A DNA stretch of 64,000 nt from Epithemia pelagica (lineage: Eukaryota; Protista; Bacillariophyta): NCBI GenBank assembly GCA_946965045.2, contig OX337237.1, forward strand, positions 1,736,001 through 1,800,000. Direction: 5' to 3'. Both the position numbers and the translations under genes were made by a program. The notes under the pieces are model-generated. The model had not been told where the DNA came from, made no database searches, and worked only from the letters and a program-made list of their open reading frames with translations. This document shows positions 1 through 11,503 of this stretch, piece by piece. Position 1 is the stretch's first letter, and each line of letters begins with the position of its first letter.

Positions 1-235
1 CGACGCCCAGAGCTTCTTGTTCATTTCTCAATGTTGGATTGTGTCCTGTCCGCGATTGTCGTCGTCGCATTGGGGAATCACTCGAGTTCCGATCACTCGA
101 GTTCCGATCTCTCTGGTCCTTGGAGGCTTTTCTACGAATCGCGGAGTTCTTGTTGCCTCCACTGAGTCTTCGAGCGAACTTGCCGGGTGTTTTTGTACGA
201 GATGGCGATGAACGTACCGGTGGGTGATTCTCCAT
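1..235 (-). CDS. 5' part of an unknown protein-coding gene running off the left window edge (MENHPPVRSSPSRTKTPGKFARRLSGG...)
   Basis: Hand translation: ATG at 235-233 opens a stop-free frame to base 1 (78 codons). It is Ser/Arg-rich and includes a 15-bp duplication encoding DRNSS twice. It is absent from the ORF track, probably because it is truncated. Confidence 0.55.
   Translation of the reverse strand, partial: MENHPPVRSSPSRTKTPGKFARRLSGGNKNSAIRRKASKDQRDRNSSDRNSSDSPMRRRQSRTGHNPTLRNEQEALGV
77..109. repeat. 15-bp tandem duplication ATCACTCGAGTTCCG x2 (plus ATC)
   Basis: Exact copies at 77-91 and 92-106; in frame within the minus-strand ORF. Confidence 0.85.
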
Positions 236-1591
236 CGATTGCGACCTTACGTAGTCTATTTCATCTTGGCTTTTCTCCAGTCCGATCACGCGAGTGAGAC
301 CTTTTCCGGAATATCGGGAAATCATGGGGTAGTCTGAACTGTGCCTGTCGTGTTCACTAGACCCTAACCTATAGTGTGGTTGCTGCATTTCTTGTTTTTC
401 AAACGTGAGCCACCGGCCACGAAGAGTTGCTTGGCTAGCCTCTGCATCGCCAGTGTCTATCAGTCCAATGGGGAGACTTTTCTGATTTACATCACTCACC
501 CGTGACCGTGAACTCTGCTTACCCGATGGATTGCTCTGCCATAGCGACTTCATGATGGGATGAACAATGGAAAATGATGAAAAGAGAAAATGAAATCTAG
601 TAATATTTTGGACTTTGGACTCCCTATGGCTCTACACTTATGTAGTATTTTTGTCGTCATCCCGGAGCTACTACTTGACCTAATTTATGTCACTTACATT
701 GGAATCTCTTATGTGTTTCGCTCTCCGTCGCTATTGGCGACGACACAGACTAACAATATGAGAAGCGTGAGATCGTTTTGTGCGCTTTGCTAAAAGTATG
801 TGGTCGGCGTGCGTCCTGCTGTTGCGTCATTCAAATACTATTGGCTTTCCTTCCGTGCTGTGTTATGTAGAGGATGCGTTGAACGGGCCATGGAATAGCG
901 AGGATGCCGAGATCCAACACGCCACGAAATAGATGGGCACGAGGACGAAGCATCCCCCATATCCCATCCCGCTCCGTTCACACGGTTCCTTTTGGTGTAG
1001 CTCCAACTCTGAAGCAGTATATTTTCCCCGATGAGGATAGAGAGTCACCTGAAATGTCTCTTACCTCACCATGTGCGTCATGATTTGTCTGCACAACTAG
1101 AGTAAGAATGACTACATTGAGAGTATCAACTATCAACGCCTTCTTTCGGGCACCTGGCAGTGGCAGTGGCAGTGGCAGAGTGTGGGTGTGGATTATGGAT
1201 TACAAGTAACAAGTTACAAGTATCATTTTTTACCACATCGCTTTGTCGCGTGGTCGTCTCAACTCTCAACTCTCAAAAACAACAACGAGCGCACGAGGGC
1301 GCCGCGCCAGCGCAACATAAGCTCTCTTCTTACCTCATTATGTAAACGCGCGCCTTTCCACGTTCAACGGATAGATCTTACAGGTACTTAAATGGATACT
1401 TCGTCTGCGCGCGGGGAGATTCGATCCTGAATGCTCACAAAATGGAAGAAGAAGAAGAGGAGACGTTTCTTCGTCAACTTCTGTTGTCTGAGTTTATTTT
1501 CCCGTCGATTTCATTCTTCTCGTTCATGTGCGCAAGTACGCGTGAGATTTGAAGGCCATCGACCGAAATTTGATCCTTTCCAAGAGCAGCC

Positions 1592-4219
1592 ATGAGCTCT
1601 CGCCGCTTGTCACTTGGAGGATCAGCTCTCCGCGAGATCTCAACAAACAGCTCTGCACGAAGACTGTCGCTCGGCGGTGCTCGTCGTTCAAACACTCCCC
1701 TAAAGGACAGGCGAGAAGCTCTTGAAGACTGGAGGCGCACTTCCCGCGGCAGAGATCCATCAAGTGATGCGGAAAATGTGAACAATGATGCGAAACGGCC
1801 CAGGACACAGGTTGACTGCCCTCCACTTCCACCCTCCACGGCACAAAAGCTCGCGGAGCCTGGAATGACGGCTCTGGAGCGCTACCGCCTCAAAAAGCAG
1901 CTCAAGCAGCAACAACAGGAGCACACTGCTCGACCACCCCGGAGCTCAGCTCATGAGGTAGGACAGACGACAACTTCTCGGTTGGTTTTGTCTGAGGACT
2001 TTGATGATGAAATTTCGTTCAACTCTGGTGCACACACGTCAACTCCAGCATCGCGCCGTCGTTTGGCTAATGGTCGTGCACGACGCAGATCACATCTTCC
2101 GCCAAAGCAAGATGACACTGAAACAACGGTGGACTTTGAGCCACATTCTTTCTCTCAAAATAGTGAAACATCATCCTATACACGGAGTCGCCATCATGAA
2201 TTGTCGCAACAAACTCTCAGTCAGTTGACAACTGAATCAGAAGCAAATTCTCCCGCAGTGTATCTTGAAACAGTTGGAGGAAGTATTGAAGCAGGGCTAC
2301 GATCGCGCTTACGTGAAATGGAGCATCGTATTGATCAACTAGAAAAGGACAAAATGACGTTGCTCGTGGCTAAGGCTCCCCTTGAAGCTCGTCTTAAACA
2401 AAAAGAAGAAGAATGGGAGACAAAAGAGAAACGACTTGTCAATGAGGTCGATGCGCTTCGACGAGAAAGCAGGGAGGCAGAAGATCGTTTTCGTGACCTT
2501 CAGGCTTCGTACGATGGCGTCGAGGGAGAGCTTAAACGCATGCGACTTGAAGCGAAGAAGCCTTCGAATCCAAATACTGCTCGGGGAAACATGGAACAAA
2601 CACGATGGGGCCGAATGTATCAAAACGACGAAAGTGACTCGGAACTGAAGAAGCAACTCAAGGCGGCGCTTGATGACAACAAATATTTGAGAGGGGAAAA
2701 AGTGTCGCTAGAGAAAGAGCTTCATGGGACCAAGATCGAATTCCAGGCCGTGTCCCGAGCCCTTGACGAGCTACAACTCGAATACGATAGTCTAGCGCAA
2801 TGTAGTAGTGAGAATCGGGATGCTGAAATCCAACTTGAACGCCTTACAACAGAGCATATTGCGACCTCAGCGCAGCTCAACGCTGTCTATCAGGAACTGG
2901 CAGACACTAAGGCAAGAACGGAAGCTGAGGCCAGGGCTCAAGAAGAAGATCACAAAAAGTCCATCGAAGATCTCAGATTTCAGTTGAGTGTCGCAACGGC
3001 ACGTGCATCTAATTCAGGCTGTCGTCGAGAAGGCGGCACAGATGACACTGCTGTCTTGCAAGCAAGGAACGAAGAGCATCTTCGTCGAATCGCAGATCTT
3101 GAAGCTGAAGTTCGGAAAGGCGAGGAGATACGACGTCAAATGCACAACCGAATTCAAGAGCTTCGCGGGAACATTCGAGTGTTTGTTCGGACTCGTCCAT
3201 TTCTTCCTGGAGACAGTGATCAGAATGAACCAGCAATTGAGGTTGCTCCAGATGGTGAATCTCTTGCAATTGAAGACGCCCGAACGTCTAAACTCCACAA
3301 TTTCAGCTTCGACAAGGTCTTTCCTCCTTCTGCGGGACAAGATCAGGTTTTCATGGAAGTGGCTGACTTTGTGCAGAGTGCACTCGATGGATACCATGTT
3401 TGTTTGTTTTCTTATGGACAGACTGGCTCGGGCAAAACTCATACTATGCAAGGGAGTGGCAACAGTGCGATGAGAGGAATCATCCCACGAGCTGTTGAGC
3501 AGATATTGAATCAAGCTCGCAAGCTGCAGTCACAGAAATGGGATTTCAATCTTTGTGCATCTTTTTTGGAAATATACAACGAGGAACTAAAGGATTTGCT
3601 CGCTGGAAAGTCTAATGGTACAAAGAGCAAGCTTTCAATCAAGCGATCGAAAGGCGGAAAGAGCTATGTCGACGGACTTTCTGAGTTGAAGATTGATACA
3701 AACAATACCGAAAATGGCATGGAACAGCTCCATGAAATCATGACCATTGCAGCTGGGGCAAGATCTGTCGCAAGCACGAAAATGAATGCACAGAGTTCGC
3801 GTAGTCATTCAGTCTTCATGCTACACCTTCGCGGCTATAATGAAGAAACCGGAGCTGAAGTTCACGGTGCACTCAACTTGTGTGACCTTGCAGGAAGCGA
3901 GCGTTTGGATCGAAGTGAAGTTGGAAATGATGCTAAAAGACTTCGTGAAACTCAAGCCATCAACAAGAGCTTGAGTTGTCTTGGAGATGTCTTTAATGCT
4001 CTAGCACAGGGCGCCTCGCATGTGCCCTACCGAAATTCGAAACTCACGTACTTGCTTCAGGACTGCCTTAGTGGTGACGGCAAAGCACTGATGTTCGTCA
4101 ATCTTAGCCCAACTCCTGCTAGCAGCAATGAAAGCCTTTGCTCACTGAGGTTTGCCCAGCGAGTTAACCAAGTCGAACTTGGCAAACCTACAAAGCATAT
4201 TCAATACAAGAATCATTAA
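1592..4219 (+). CDS. Kinesin-14 family C-terminal motor protein (KIFC1/Kar3/Ncd-like)
   Basis: 875-aa ORF with disordered N-tail and long coiled coil. The neck MHNRIQELRGNIRVFVRTRP leads to a motor domain with P-loop GQTGSGKT, switch I SSRSH, switch II DLAGSER and HVPYRNSKLT. Confidence 0.95.
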   Translation: MSSRRLSLGGSALREISTNSSARRLSLGGARRSNTPLKDRREALEDWRRTSRGRDPSSDAENVNNDAKRPRTQVDCPPLPPSTAQKLAEPGMTALERYRLKKQLKQQQQEHTARPPRSSAHEVGQTTTSRLVLSEDFDDEISFNSGAHTSTPASRRRLANGRARRRSHLPPKQDDTETTVDFEPHSFSQNSETSSYTRSRHHELSQQTLSQLTTESEANSPAVYLETVGGSIEAGLRSRLREMEHRIDQLEKDKMTLLVAKAPLEARLKQKEEEWETKEKRLVNEVDALRRESREAEDRFRDLQASYDGVEGELKRMRLEAKKPSNPNTARGNMEQTRWGRMYQNDESDSELKKQLKAALDDNKYLRGEKVSLEKELHGTKIEFQAVSRALDELQLEYDSLAQCSSENRDAEIQLERLTTEHIATSAQLNAVYQELADTKARTEAEARAQEEDHKKSIEDLRFQLSVATARASNSGCRREGGTDDTAVLQARNEEHLRRIADLEAEVRKGEEIRRQMHNRIQELRGNIRVFVRTRPFLPGDSDQNEPAIEVAPDGESLAIEDARTSKLHNFSFDKVFPPSAGQDQVFMEVADFVQSALDGYHVCLFSYGQTGSGKTHTMQGSGNSAMRGIIPRAVEQILNQARKLQSQKWDFNLCASFLEIYNEELKDLLAGKSNGTKSKLSIKRSKGGKSYVDGLSELKIDTNNTENGMEQLHEIMTIAAGARSVASTKMNAQSSRSHSVFMLHLRGYNEETGAEVHGALNLCDLAGSERLDRSEVGNDAKRLRETQAINKSLSCLGDVFNALAQGASHVPYRNSKLTYLLQDCLSGDGKALMFVNLSPTPASSNESLCSLRFAQRVNQVELGKPTKHIQYKNH

Positions 4220-4425
4220 GTGAATCTTCACGGGTCTTTTAGTACAACATTTAACCGGACATTTGAGCTATTAATAAAATGAAATTGATAGTGCAGATTC
4301 TTCATGACGACATCGAAGATGTTTTCCCCTGTCTATTATCACCAGTATTGGTCATCAGTAGCATTATCAATGGTACAACGAGATCGGGTTTTGTATGATT
4401 TCGGAAGTTGAACAACGAAGAGTCA

Positions 4426-7092
4426 TCAGAACGGATTTTTTGTTTTCCATCCCTGGGCCGTTTCTTTGACGGCAGCTCCAAGTACACCCATGTTGAAGAC
4501 ATCATTTTCCTCGTAGATTCCTGGCCACATGGCACAATTGAGTAAAACCTCCAAGCTCGTTGCACTTCTTATGTCTTCGATATCAGAGCTATCGTCGTCT
4601 AACATGGTTTCTCCAAGGTGATCGATTTCAGGTTCGTACTCTGAGAAAGATGCAAGCATGGAGCTACCACTTTCGGTGTTCACATCTCTGTCATGGTCAA
4701 TTTCGACTTGACTGAAATCAACTAGAACTTCATCCTGTGCATTTATTCGCTCCCCGAGGACGTGGTCTTCTGATCCTTCACTCGAATCATTTGTGGTGGA
4801 CGAGGACTTCTCGACGACGAGCGTTCGAAAATCAGCTTTGTCAATTGCTTCTTTTGCATATGCCAACCAGTTCTGCGTGGTGGCACCAGGGGTTTCTTTT
4901 AATACCTGTCGTGGTGGTTCCTGCCAATCGCGCGTCTTTGTTTGAGCATAGTTTCTGGCTTTGGTCCACACCATTGTTTGTCCCGACTTATCTTTCGGTG
5001 ACGGTTCGTATATCTTCAATGAAGATTCCTTGGACTGCATCTCCATTGCATCTCCAACACCTTGTTTTTCTGCTTTTCGTTGTTTTCGTCGTCGTGGCGA
5101 ATAGCGAGTTATGCTCTCGATAGATTTCTTTTCAGTGGCCGAACTTCCTGAATGGCTGTCAGTATGAGATAGACTCTTGTACAATGTTTTCCTTGTAGAA
5201 CTTGTCTTGGAGGAACTTTTAGAAGCATTTCCATCTTCCGAGGTTTCATCATGTTTAGCTGTATCCAAGAATTTTGCTCCGTGCGAGGAGGACTCAGATG
5301 AGATCTTTCGTCTGATCGTTTTATCTTTCGAGACTTTCGTTTGGATCTCCACGGCATCCATCGTCCCCGTTTTTCGCTGTGATGTGTTCGGGTTCGGGCT
5401 TCTCCAGAAGTTTTTTCGTCTAGGGGTTTGCAGTGTCTCTGCTTCAGAAAAAAGAGATTGTTCTTCTTCTCGGAAACTTTCGTTTCCGCTCGTTGACGGA
5501 AGTCGACAGAAAATTGGTGTCCGCTTGCGTGGAGACAAACTTGTCGCCTTGCCGTCGTCGTTGCCTTTCGCAGAGAGGGGAGGAAGTCCACTTTTATCTT
5601 GTTTTGAATCCTTGCTGACCTTCACTGCGATACTTTCCGCTAAACGTATTGCCTTGCCGTCCTGGTTGCCTTTCACGGAGAGAGGAGGAAGTCCACTTCT
5701 ATTCCGTTCCGTTTGTCTTGAGCGGGCAGAAACATCCGATCTTGAGGCTTCTCTCAAAGCCGGACCATAATCGTCTTTATCGCAAGATGCTCTTTTCCGA
5801 CTATCGTCTTCCCATGAAGTAGCATTGAACTTGAGGTATGAACGTTGTTCCGAGATGTTTGGAATCTCTTTGGTTACATTCCTCTGCATGTCATTACTCT
5901 CGACCTGACTCTCACCAGTCCGCCGTCGAGCTAGCGATGAAATCTCTACGATACGGTATGGCACCTCTACGCCCTCCTCTCTACCCGGTGAGATTGGGGG
6001 AAATGGCACGGAATCTCCCTTGTCCCGGGCACGAGGTGAGTGCGACGGGCGCAAACCAGACCCCTCGGGGAACTCATCGACTTCTCGTAGAGCCGAGTTT
6101 CTCGGAGACCGGATTACCTTGGAGGCAACGCCTTCCTCCTTCATCGTCTTGATTGGAGCCGGATTTGACGATTCAAACGAGGCTTTCGCCGGTGCAATTT
6201 CCTCGTCCCTCAACGTAACGTCTTCTTCCTCGCCATGCTTTTCGGCTTCAGTAGATCCGTCGGAGTCGGCTGATACTTTTAGGTCTTCTTCTCGGTCTAA
6301 AGCCACTTCGGAGTGAACAACACTTTGTTCGTGTGACAGTGACTCTACCAAGAGAAGATCTGATACAGACCTTTTTTGATTGATCATGAATTCTTCTACG
6401 GTGAAGGTCTTTGCTTCGAGAGATGATGGATTCGGAACATAGAGCTCGTCATCCTCACCATCTGATAGATCTTGGTTTGTGCTGCATGTACTATAACTAC
6501 TTGATTCCACGGCCTGAGAAAACCTTTTGGGGACGACCGGAGGAGCTGATTGTTCAAGCCTTTCATTATCCTTCTTTTCGTCCAGAGGGGACAAACCCCG
6601 CACACTCTGGCTTTCAGCGGTCCTGCGAGGTGACGAATAGTGCTGTTTCGGCTTTGTCGATGCGCGTGTCGTCATTTTCACCCTTGTGACGATAGCTTTG
6701 TCTTCAATTTGACTCCTTGTTTTCCGAGAAGCACAATCGCTAACGGAGTCGTTTTGGTGTAACTTGGATGGGCTTTCTTCAAAGGACGGAGAAGAACTGT
6801 CGGAACTAGTGCTGTCGAGATTGATGGTGCGCTTTTCTTGTGCCTTTGCGTGATTACTTGAACGATGGACTGGGGCTTTCTCTGTTCGTTGGGTACGTCT
6901 TGGATACTCATCTTGTGTCTTCCTTGGAAGCCTGGAACGGGAACTACTCTTTAGTTTCGGCATCCTCGTTCTAGCGGTTGAGTAGGCTAAGAAGTCATCC
7001 TCACTCTTCCAACTTTTGCTGAACAGATCCAAGATATCATGATCACGGTTGCTCAGCTTTTTGCGCGATGATCCGACCAAATGACGAGGCAT
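4426..7092 (-). CDS. Large low-complexity Ser/Lys/Arg/Glu-rich protein of unknown function
   Basis: Uninterrupted frame 4426-7224; first ATG at 7092 (MPRHLVG...). No recognisable domain. Contains a duplicated motif SGLPPLSxKGNxDGKA. Confidence 0.7.
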   Translation of the reverse strand: MPRHLVGSSRKKLSNRDHDILDLFSKSWKSEDDFLAYSTARTRMPKLKSSSRSRLPRKTQDEYPRRTQRTEKAPVHRSSNHAKAQEKRTINLDSTSSDSSSPSFEESPSKLHQNDSVSDCASRKTRSQIEDKAIVTRVKMTTRASTKPKQHYSSPRRTAESQSVRGLSPLDEKKDNERLEQSAPPVVPKRFSQAVESSSYSTCSTNQDLSDGEDDELYVPNPSSLEAKTFTVEEFMINQKRSVSDLLLVESLSHEQSVVHSEVALDREEDLKVSADSDGSTEAEKHGEEEDVTLRDEEIAPAKASFESSNPAPIKTMKEEGVASKVIRSPRNSALREVDEFPEGSGLRPSHSPRARDKGDSVPFPPISPGREEGVEVPYRIVEISSLARRRTGESQVESNDMQRNVTKEIPNISEQRSYLKFNATSWEDDSRKRASCDKDDYGPALREASRSDVSARSRQTERNRSGLPPLSVKGNQDGKAIRLAESIAVKVSKDSKQDKSGLPPLSAKGNDDGKATSLSPRKRTPIFCRLPSTSGNESFREEEQSLFSEAETLQTPRRKNFWRSPNPNTSQRKTGTMDAVEIQTKVSKDKTIRRKISSESSSHGAKFLDTAKHDETSEDGNASKSSSKTSSTRKTLYKSLSHTDSHSGSSATEKKSIESITRYSPRRRKQRKAEKQGVGDAMEMQSKESSLKIYEPSPKDKSGQTMVWTKARNYAQTKTRDWQEPPRQVLKETPGATTQNWLAYAKEAIDKADFRTLVVEKSSSTTNDSSEGSEDHVLGERINAQDEVLVDFSQVEIDHDRDVNTESGSSMLASFSEYEPEIDHLGETMLDDDSSDIEDIRSATSLEVLLNCAMWPGIYEENDVFNMGVLGAAVKETAQGWKTKNPF

Positions 7093-7857
7093 TTTCCTTG
7101 ATGTTTTGGAAGGATGAACACACAGAGCTTTTGATTCAAACGGGGTGTTTCCTCTCTGAGTTTGTGGAGGTGGATACAGACTATTGTTTGAACGTTGTCG
7201 AAGAAAAGTGTGGACCCCAGCCAAGCGACGATCCCTGTTGTTTCTTGCTGTTGTGAGAATCGAGGTCGTCGGTGATGCCTAACAGTACGCCGCCCGGCGC
7301 ACAAGAATATGCTTGAAAATAAGCCCTGCTCTCCGCCGATTCTACAACGTCGACAATTAGCGGTGTGATGCGGTCGCCAATATGGCGTATCTGATGATAG
7401 AGAGCATGAATTATCCATCACATGATGGATATGACTGATTACTACAATAACTTGTGTAGTCTAGTGAGTAAAATATCAATTAATGAAGTATATAATATGA
7501 TGCAATATGATCATACTATATGATTTTCATTGATAATTTCCTCGCCTTCATCTCGCTTGCTCGGATTTCTGTTTTTGTATTGCCTTCTCCAGAGAGTACT
7601 ACTTACGTCTATATACGATGATATACACGACATCCACCATCCACGAGTGAGAGTCGCATTGGCGACGTTTTGGATTTTGGATTTGTCCGCAAACCTCAGT
7701 CCATGGTCCATGGTGGTACAAACAAGAAAACCGAAACAATCCACACCCGTTCCCCGTAGACCACAACCAAAGCAAGAGTCCGAAAACGTTAATGTTTCTG
7801 GACTCCCCTCCTCTCGCTTCAAGCTGAACTAGGGATCGACAATAAACTCAGAGTAGG

Positions 7858-8390
7858 ATGGTTGAGAACCACGAGAGCAATCCAGGTGCAAGTCAGCCTT
7901 TGTTTGAATTTCAGGACAAAAAGCAAAGAAACTTGTTCTATTCCCTCGTTTGGGTGTTTCTTGTTCTTGTGATTGTATTGCCATTGGGATCGTTCATTGC
8001 ACCTTTTTGGTTGGTTCTTCAACTCTTCGAACCCCTGTTGCCAGTCAGTAAGTGGACTGATAAGGAATTTGGTTTGATGTTGGAGCATCTATACGGCGCC
8101 ATCTAAAAACTACTGCCCACGTTTTCATTGCCATGGTATTTCTTGCATTAACCTTGAATCGACAGTCAGAGACGTGAACGAGCTGTTAGAAAAGTAAGAA
8201 TTTCTTTGTTGCTTGTTATTTTCGCGGGAAAACGTTCTCATCTAAATCTGCATATCTTCTTTTGATCCTTCAATTCAGACTTCTTACATGGCCGAGAAAG
8301 ATGGGCCTTGCAATTTTCGAAAGCAGAGAAACTTTTCCAAATCCATTTGAAACGGATTCCTCAAATCCACCGTCATCTGCTTCGGTCTAA
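7858..8390 (+). CDS. Small membrane protein, 3 exons (7858-8047, 8166-8193, 8279-8390), 109 aa
   Basis: Donors GTAAGT (8048) and GTAAGA (8194) with acceptors CAG (8165, 8278) give a 330-nt CDS. It reads ...LVWVFLVLVIVLPLGSFIAPFWLVLQLFEPLLPVIRDVNELLEKLLTWPRKMGLAIF..., ending TAA at 8390. Confidence 0.75.
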
Positions 8391-8942
8391 GCACACGGAT
8401 TATTTGGCGTATCGTTCCCATATTTGAAGTCCGTGGATGAGAGATAGCCCAGGCGGCATGGACACATTAAGTAGTGGCTGTATCGAGCGTGAGGCAATGG
8501 TTAGAATGGAATTCAGTTTCTCTTGTCGATCGTGCATTGTGGCGGCAAGAGCGAGAACCCGAGTACCTGCCCCCATTCCTAGCAAAGAACTAAGAAAGCA
8601 GCCTCTCTGTACATTATGCCTTCTTTTGTTTAGTGTCAACAGTCAAGAAAGTAGACGAGGTTGAGAGTTGAGAGGGCGATAACTTTGTGTAGTTGTAGCA
8701 GTAGGAGCATTTTTTGCGACAACTATACTTCCCACATACTATGGGAGTATGGGACACGGGACCCAGCTAGTGGAACCCGCTGATGTCTTGCGGGATCGCA
8801 AATATCCCACATCATGATGAGACACAAGTCTCGGAAATTCGCTCCGGTTGTCTCTTGACAATGGGCTGCGACCTGCGACCTAACTGTCTCAACTCCTTCG
8901 AGAGATTTTGCTAGCGACTGTCCGTAGACCAAGGTACCAACA

Positions 8943-10906
8943 ATGTCACAGGAATCAGTTGGGAGAGATGAAGTGAGCGGAGAGCAGAATCGGTTAACCC
9001 AAGACTCTCAAGGTTCAGCCCATGAATCGCAGCAGCATACATCTAGTGGGTCCACGACACGTCTCAATACCAAAGATAGAAACGGCGATGATTCTTCAGT
9101 ACCTCCTGGCGTGAAAAGAGAGAGTGTTCAACTTTCGACAAGCAGCTTATCGAGGTCTTATCCTTCTCATTCACAGTATGGGTCATATAATTCACCACCT
9201 CCTGTTTCTCCTCAGGCAGATTTGGGCCGTATGCATACAAGAATGCACCCTGGTCCCCATGACCTTACATCATCAGCATCATCGGGATTTGAAAACGAGA
9301 GCCCTCCTTCTTCTTTCGGACAAACCACTTTTTTAATGTCAGCAGGAGCCGTTTTGGGATTGACGGCGGCAGCTGCTGTGAGATGGTTGAATGGAGGCGA
9401 TTTTGCTATCTTCCCGGATTCAGCATCTTCTTCCACTGGAAACACTAGTATCGGCCTGAGACCAAAAAGCTCTCCATTAGTTTCGAATCATCACATTGAT
9501 CCTCAATCAGCTCCCGATATTCGCAATCGCAGTACCGGCCAACTTTCCGACTCGCATGATTTGTCGAACCAGGATGAAAGCGTTTCCCGTCAACTTCACG
9601 AGGACATCAATAGCTTGGTGATGCTCTCCGTGATCAAAGTAGGCAGCAGGCATCGTTAGTACAACAATTGGTTCGTCGAGATGGCACTCGATACGTCGAC
9701 CAATCCATGGACTTGTTGAGACAACAACAGCAAGCAAGTGGAAACAGACTCAACCAAGAATCCATGGAAGTTGTGCATGGAGATGAAAACGGTGGGACTG
9801 GGATCCGGACAAACTTGAACATTATACTAGACCATGTGACGTATCTTCAACAAAGTTTAGAAAACAGGGACACAAATGGGAATTCTCTTGACATCGAAAG
9901 CTTCCAGATGCGCCTAAGCGATATGAAGAAAGTACTGGAGTCTTGCATCGACAAATCGACCACAGCAACAAAGGTATCGATTTCAGAAAAACCGTGCAAC
10001 TCGGTCGTATCTTTTGGTCCCCCTTCAGCAGTTGGATTGACACCCTCTAAACTCCAAATTTCTGCAAATCTTGAAGAAGCGGTGGTGACTGCGATGCCCA
10101 TCGAATATTCTGGTCTAAGCAGCGCGGCAGGACTGAATGCACTTGATGCGTCCTTACAGAAGCTCTTTGAACAGAACTCACATGACATGTTGCGTGAAGG
10201 AACCCCCCTTTTGTATTTGTACGTCAGCAACCTGGAGAAACATCCGCTTATGCCAAGATATCGCAAAATTTTTACAAGCAATGAAAGTTTTCAGACTAAA
10301 ATTCAACCGTTGGTTGGCGGAATAGATCTCCTAAAAGCTGTCGGATTCACGGAGATGGAATCTAGTTGGCAATGGTTACCGGCTGAGAGTAAGAGTGATG
10401 CTCATGACCACCCTGAACACCAAAAACAGAGGGAAGAAGAATATTTGGAATACTTGAGAGAAGCTGCCAAGGCCCTGAAAACGATGCAACAACAACTCCC
10501 TCCGAAGGAGAGCGAAGCAGCGCCATTCCCGTGCTCGCCCTTACGTGTTGGACTTGAAAGCCTTTCGAGAACAATATCTAGTCACGAAAAGCTTCCTTCC
10601 GATGCATCGAGTTCATCGGTCGCTGCTCCTTTGAATGATGCGTTGCGAGCCGCACTTTTGTGTCCCCAAACACCTGACCCCTCAATAAAATCACCACCCA
10701 TCCCCAAAAAACAGATTTTCATGAATGATGACGTCCATGACGAAGGCTCTGGCAAGACGTTGCCAGTTGCTGTTGAACAAGACGGTTCATCAGCAGGCAT
10801 TCCGTGTCCCTCGTTTTCAATACGGGGACAAAATAAAAGCACTGGGGTGATCGAAAGTGAAGAAGCTGTAGAACTAGATGAGACGACGAACGCACTTTGG
10901 AAATGA
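8943..10906 (+). CDS. TM + coiled-coil + PUB-domain protein, split by a 1-nt frameshift at about 9619
   Basis: ORFs 8943-9659 and 9668-10906 join as LHEDINSLV/DALRDQSRQQASLVQQL if one base is restored. Hydrophobic segment AVLGLTAAAAVRWL. PUB signature LYLYVSNLEKHPLMPRYRKIFTSNESFQTKI...GGIDLLKAVGF. Confidence 0.75.
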
Positions 10907-11503
10907 ATTTCAGATTGGTAGTTCTTGCTGGTGACTTAGTCCTTCGATCAAGTTTGTTACGAAACGCCTCTAGAAGCGAAACATTAAACGGAACAACGTG
11001 GTAATTTCCCCTCCCGCAATACAATGGATTGGCCCACAGTCCGCGCATTCCCAGCATGCCTTGATCTGGGGAGCTAAACATTATTCTGTCTGTTTCATTG
11101 GCTATTCTGTAGCAAAACAAGCCACAACCTTTTTGTCGTCTGTGTTCTTGTTCGACAAGAAGTGCTCACTAAGAGTAGGTAACCTTAGCTGTCTGATTCA
11201 AGGGATAGCAGTTTTGATGCGTACGTGAACCCTGACAAACACCACTCTTAAGCGGCTATTCTGTATCCAGAAGGTAGATTTTACGTTGTTCTTTCCGTAT
11301 CTATCGCTGGGGAGTGAAGTATGGTGCAGCGGCAAGAGTGACCAATCACGCCATCACGACAAAGGACAGCAGCAGCTCTGATCTGAGATCCTCGAAGTCA
11401 AGGAACTATATCTAGAGCCGAGGACTTGGAATACCCGAGTTCAAAGGGAAGAGTTCATAAAATTATAACAAGTCAGCGATTCAGGGTGAATTAGCTATCC
11501 AAT

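Noticed and set aside
1154-1280. Short repeats (GTGGCA)n, ACAAGT(A/T) and TCTCAAC
   Set aside because: Ordinary microsatellites in intergenic or promoter DNA.
9618-9660. Intron explanation for the PUB-gene frame break
   Set aside because: Available GT-AG pairs give only about 25-42 nt, shorter than the 68-nt or longer introns elsewhere in this window. A 1-nt indel gives a seamless coiled coil.
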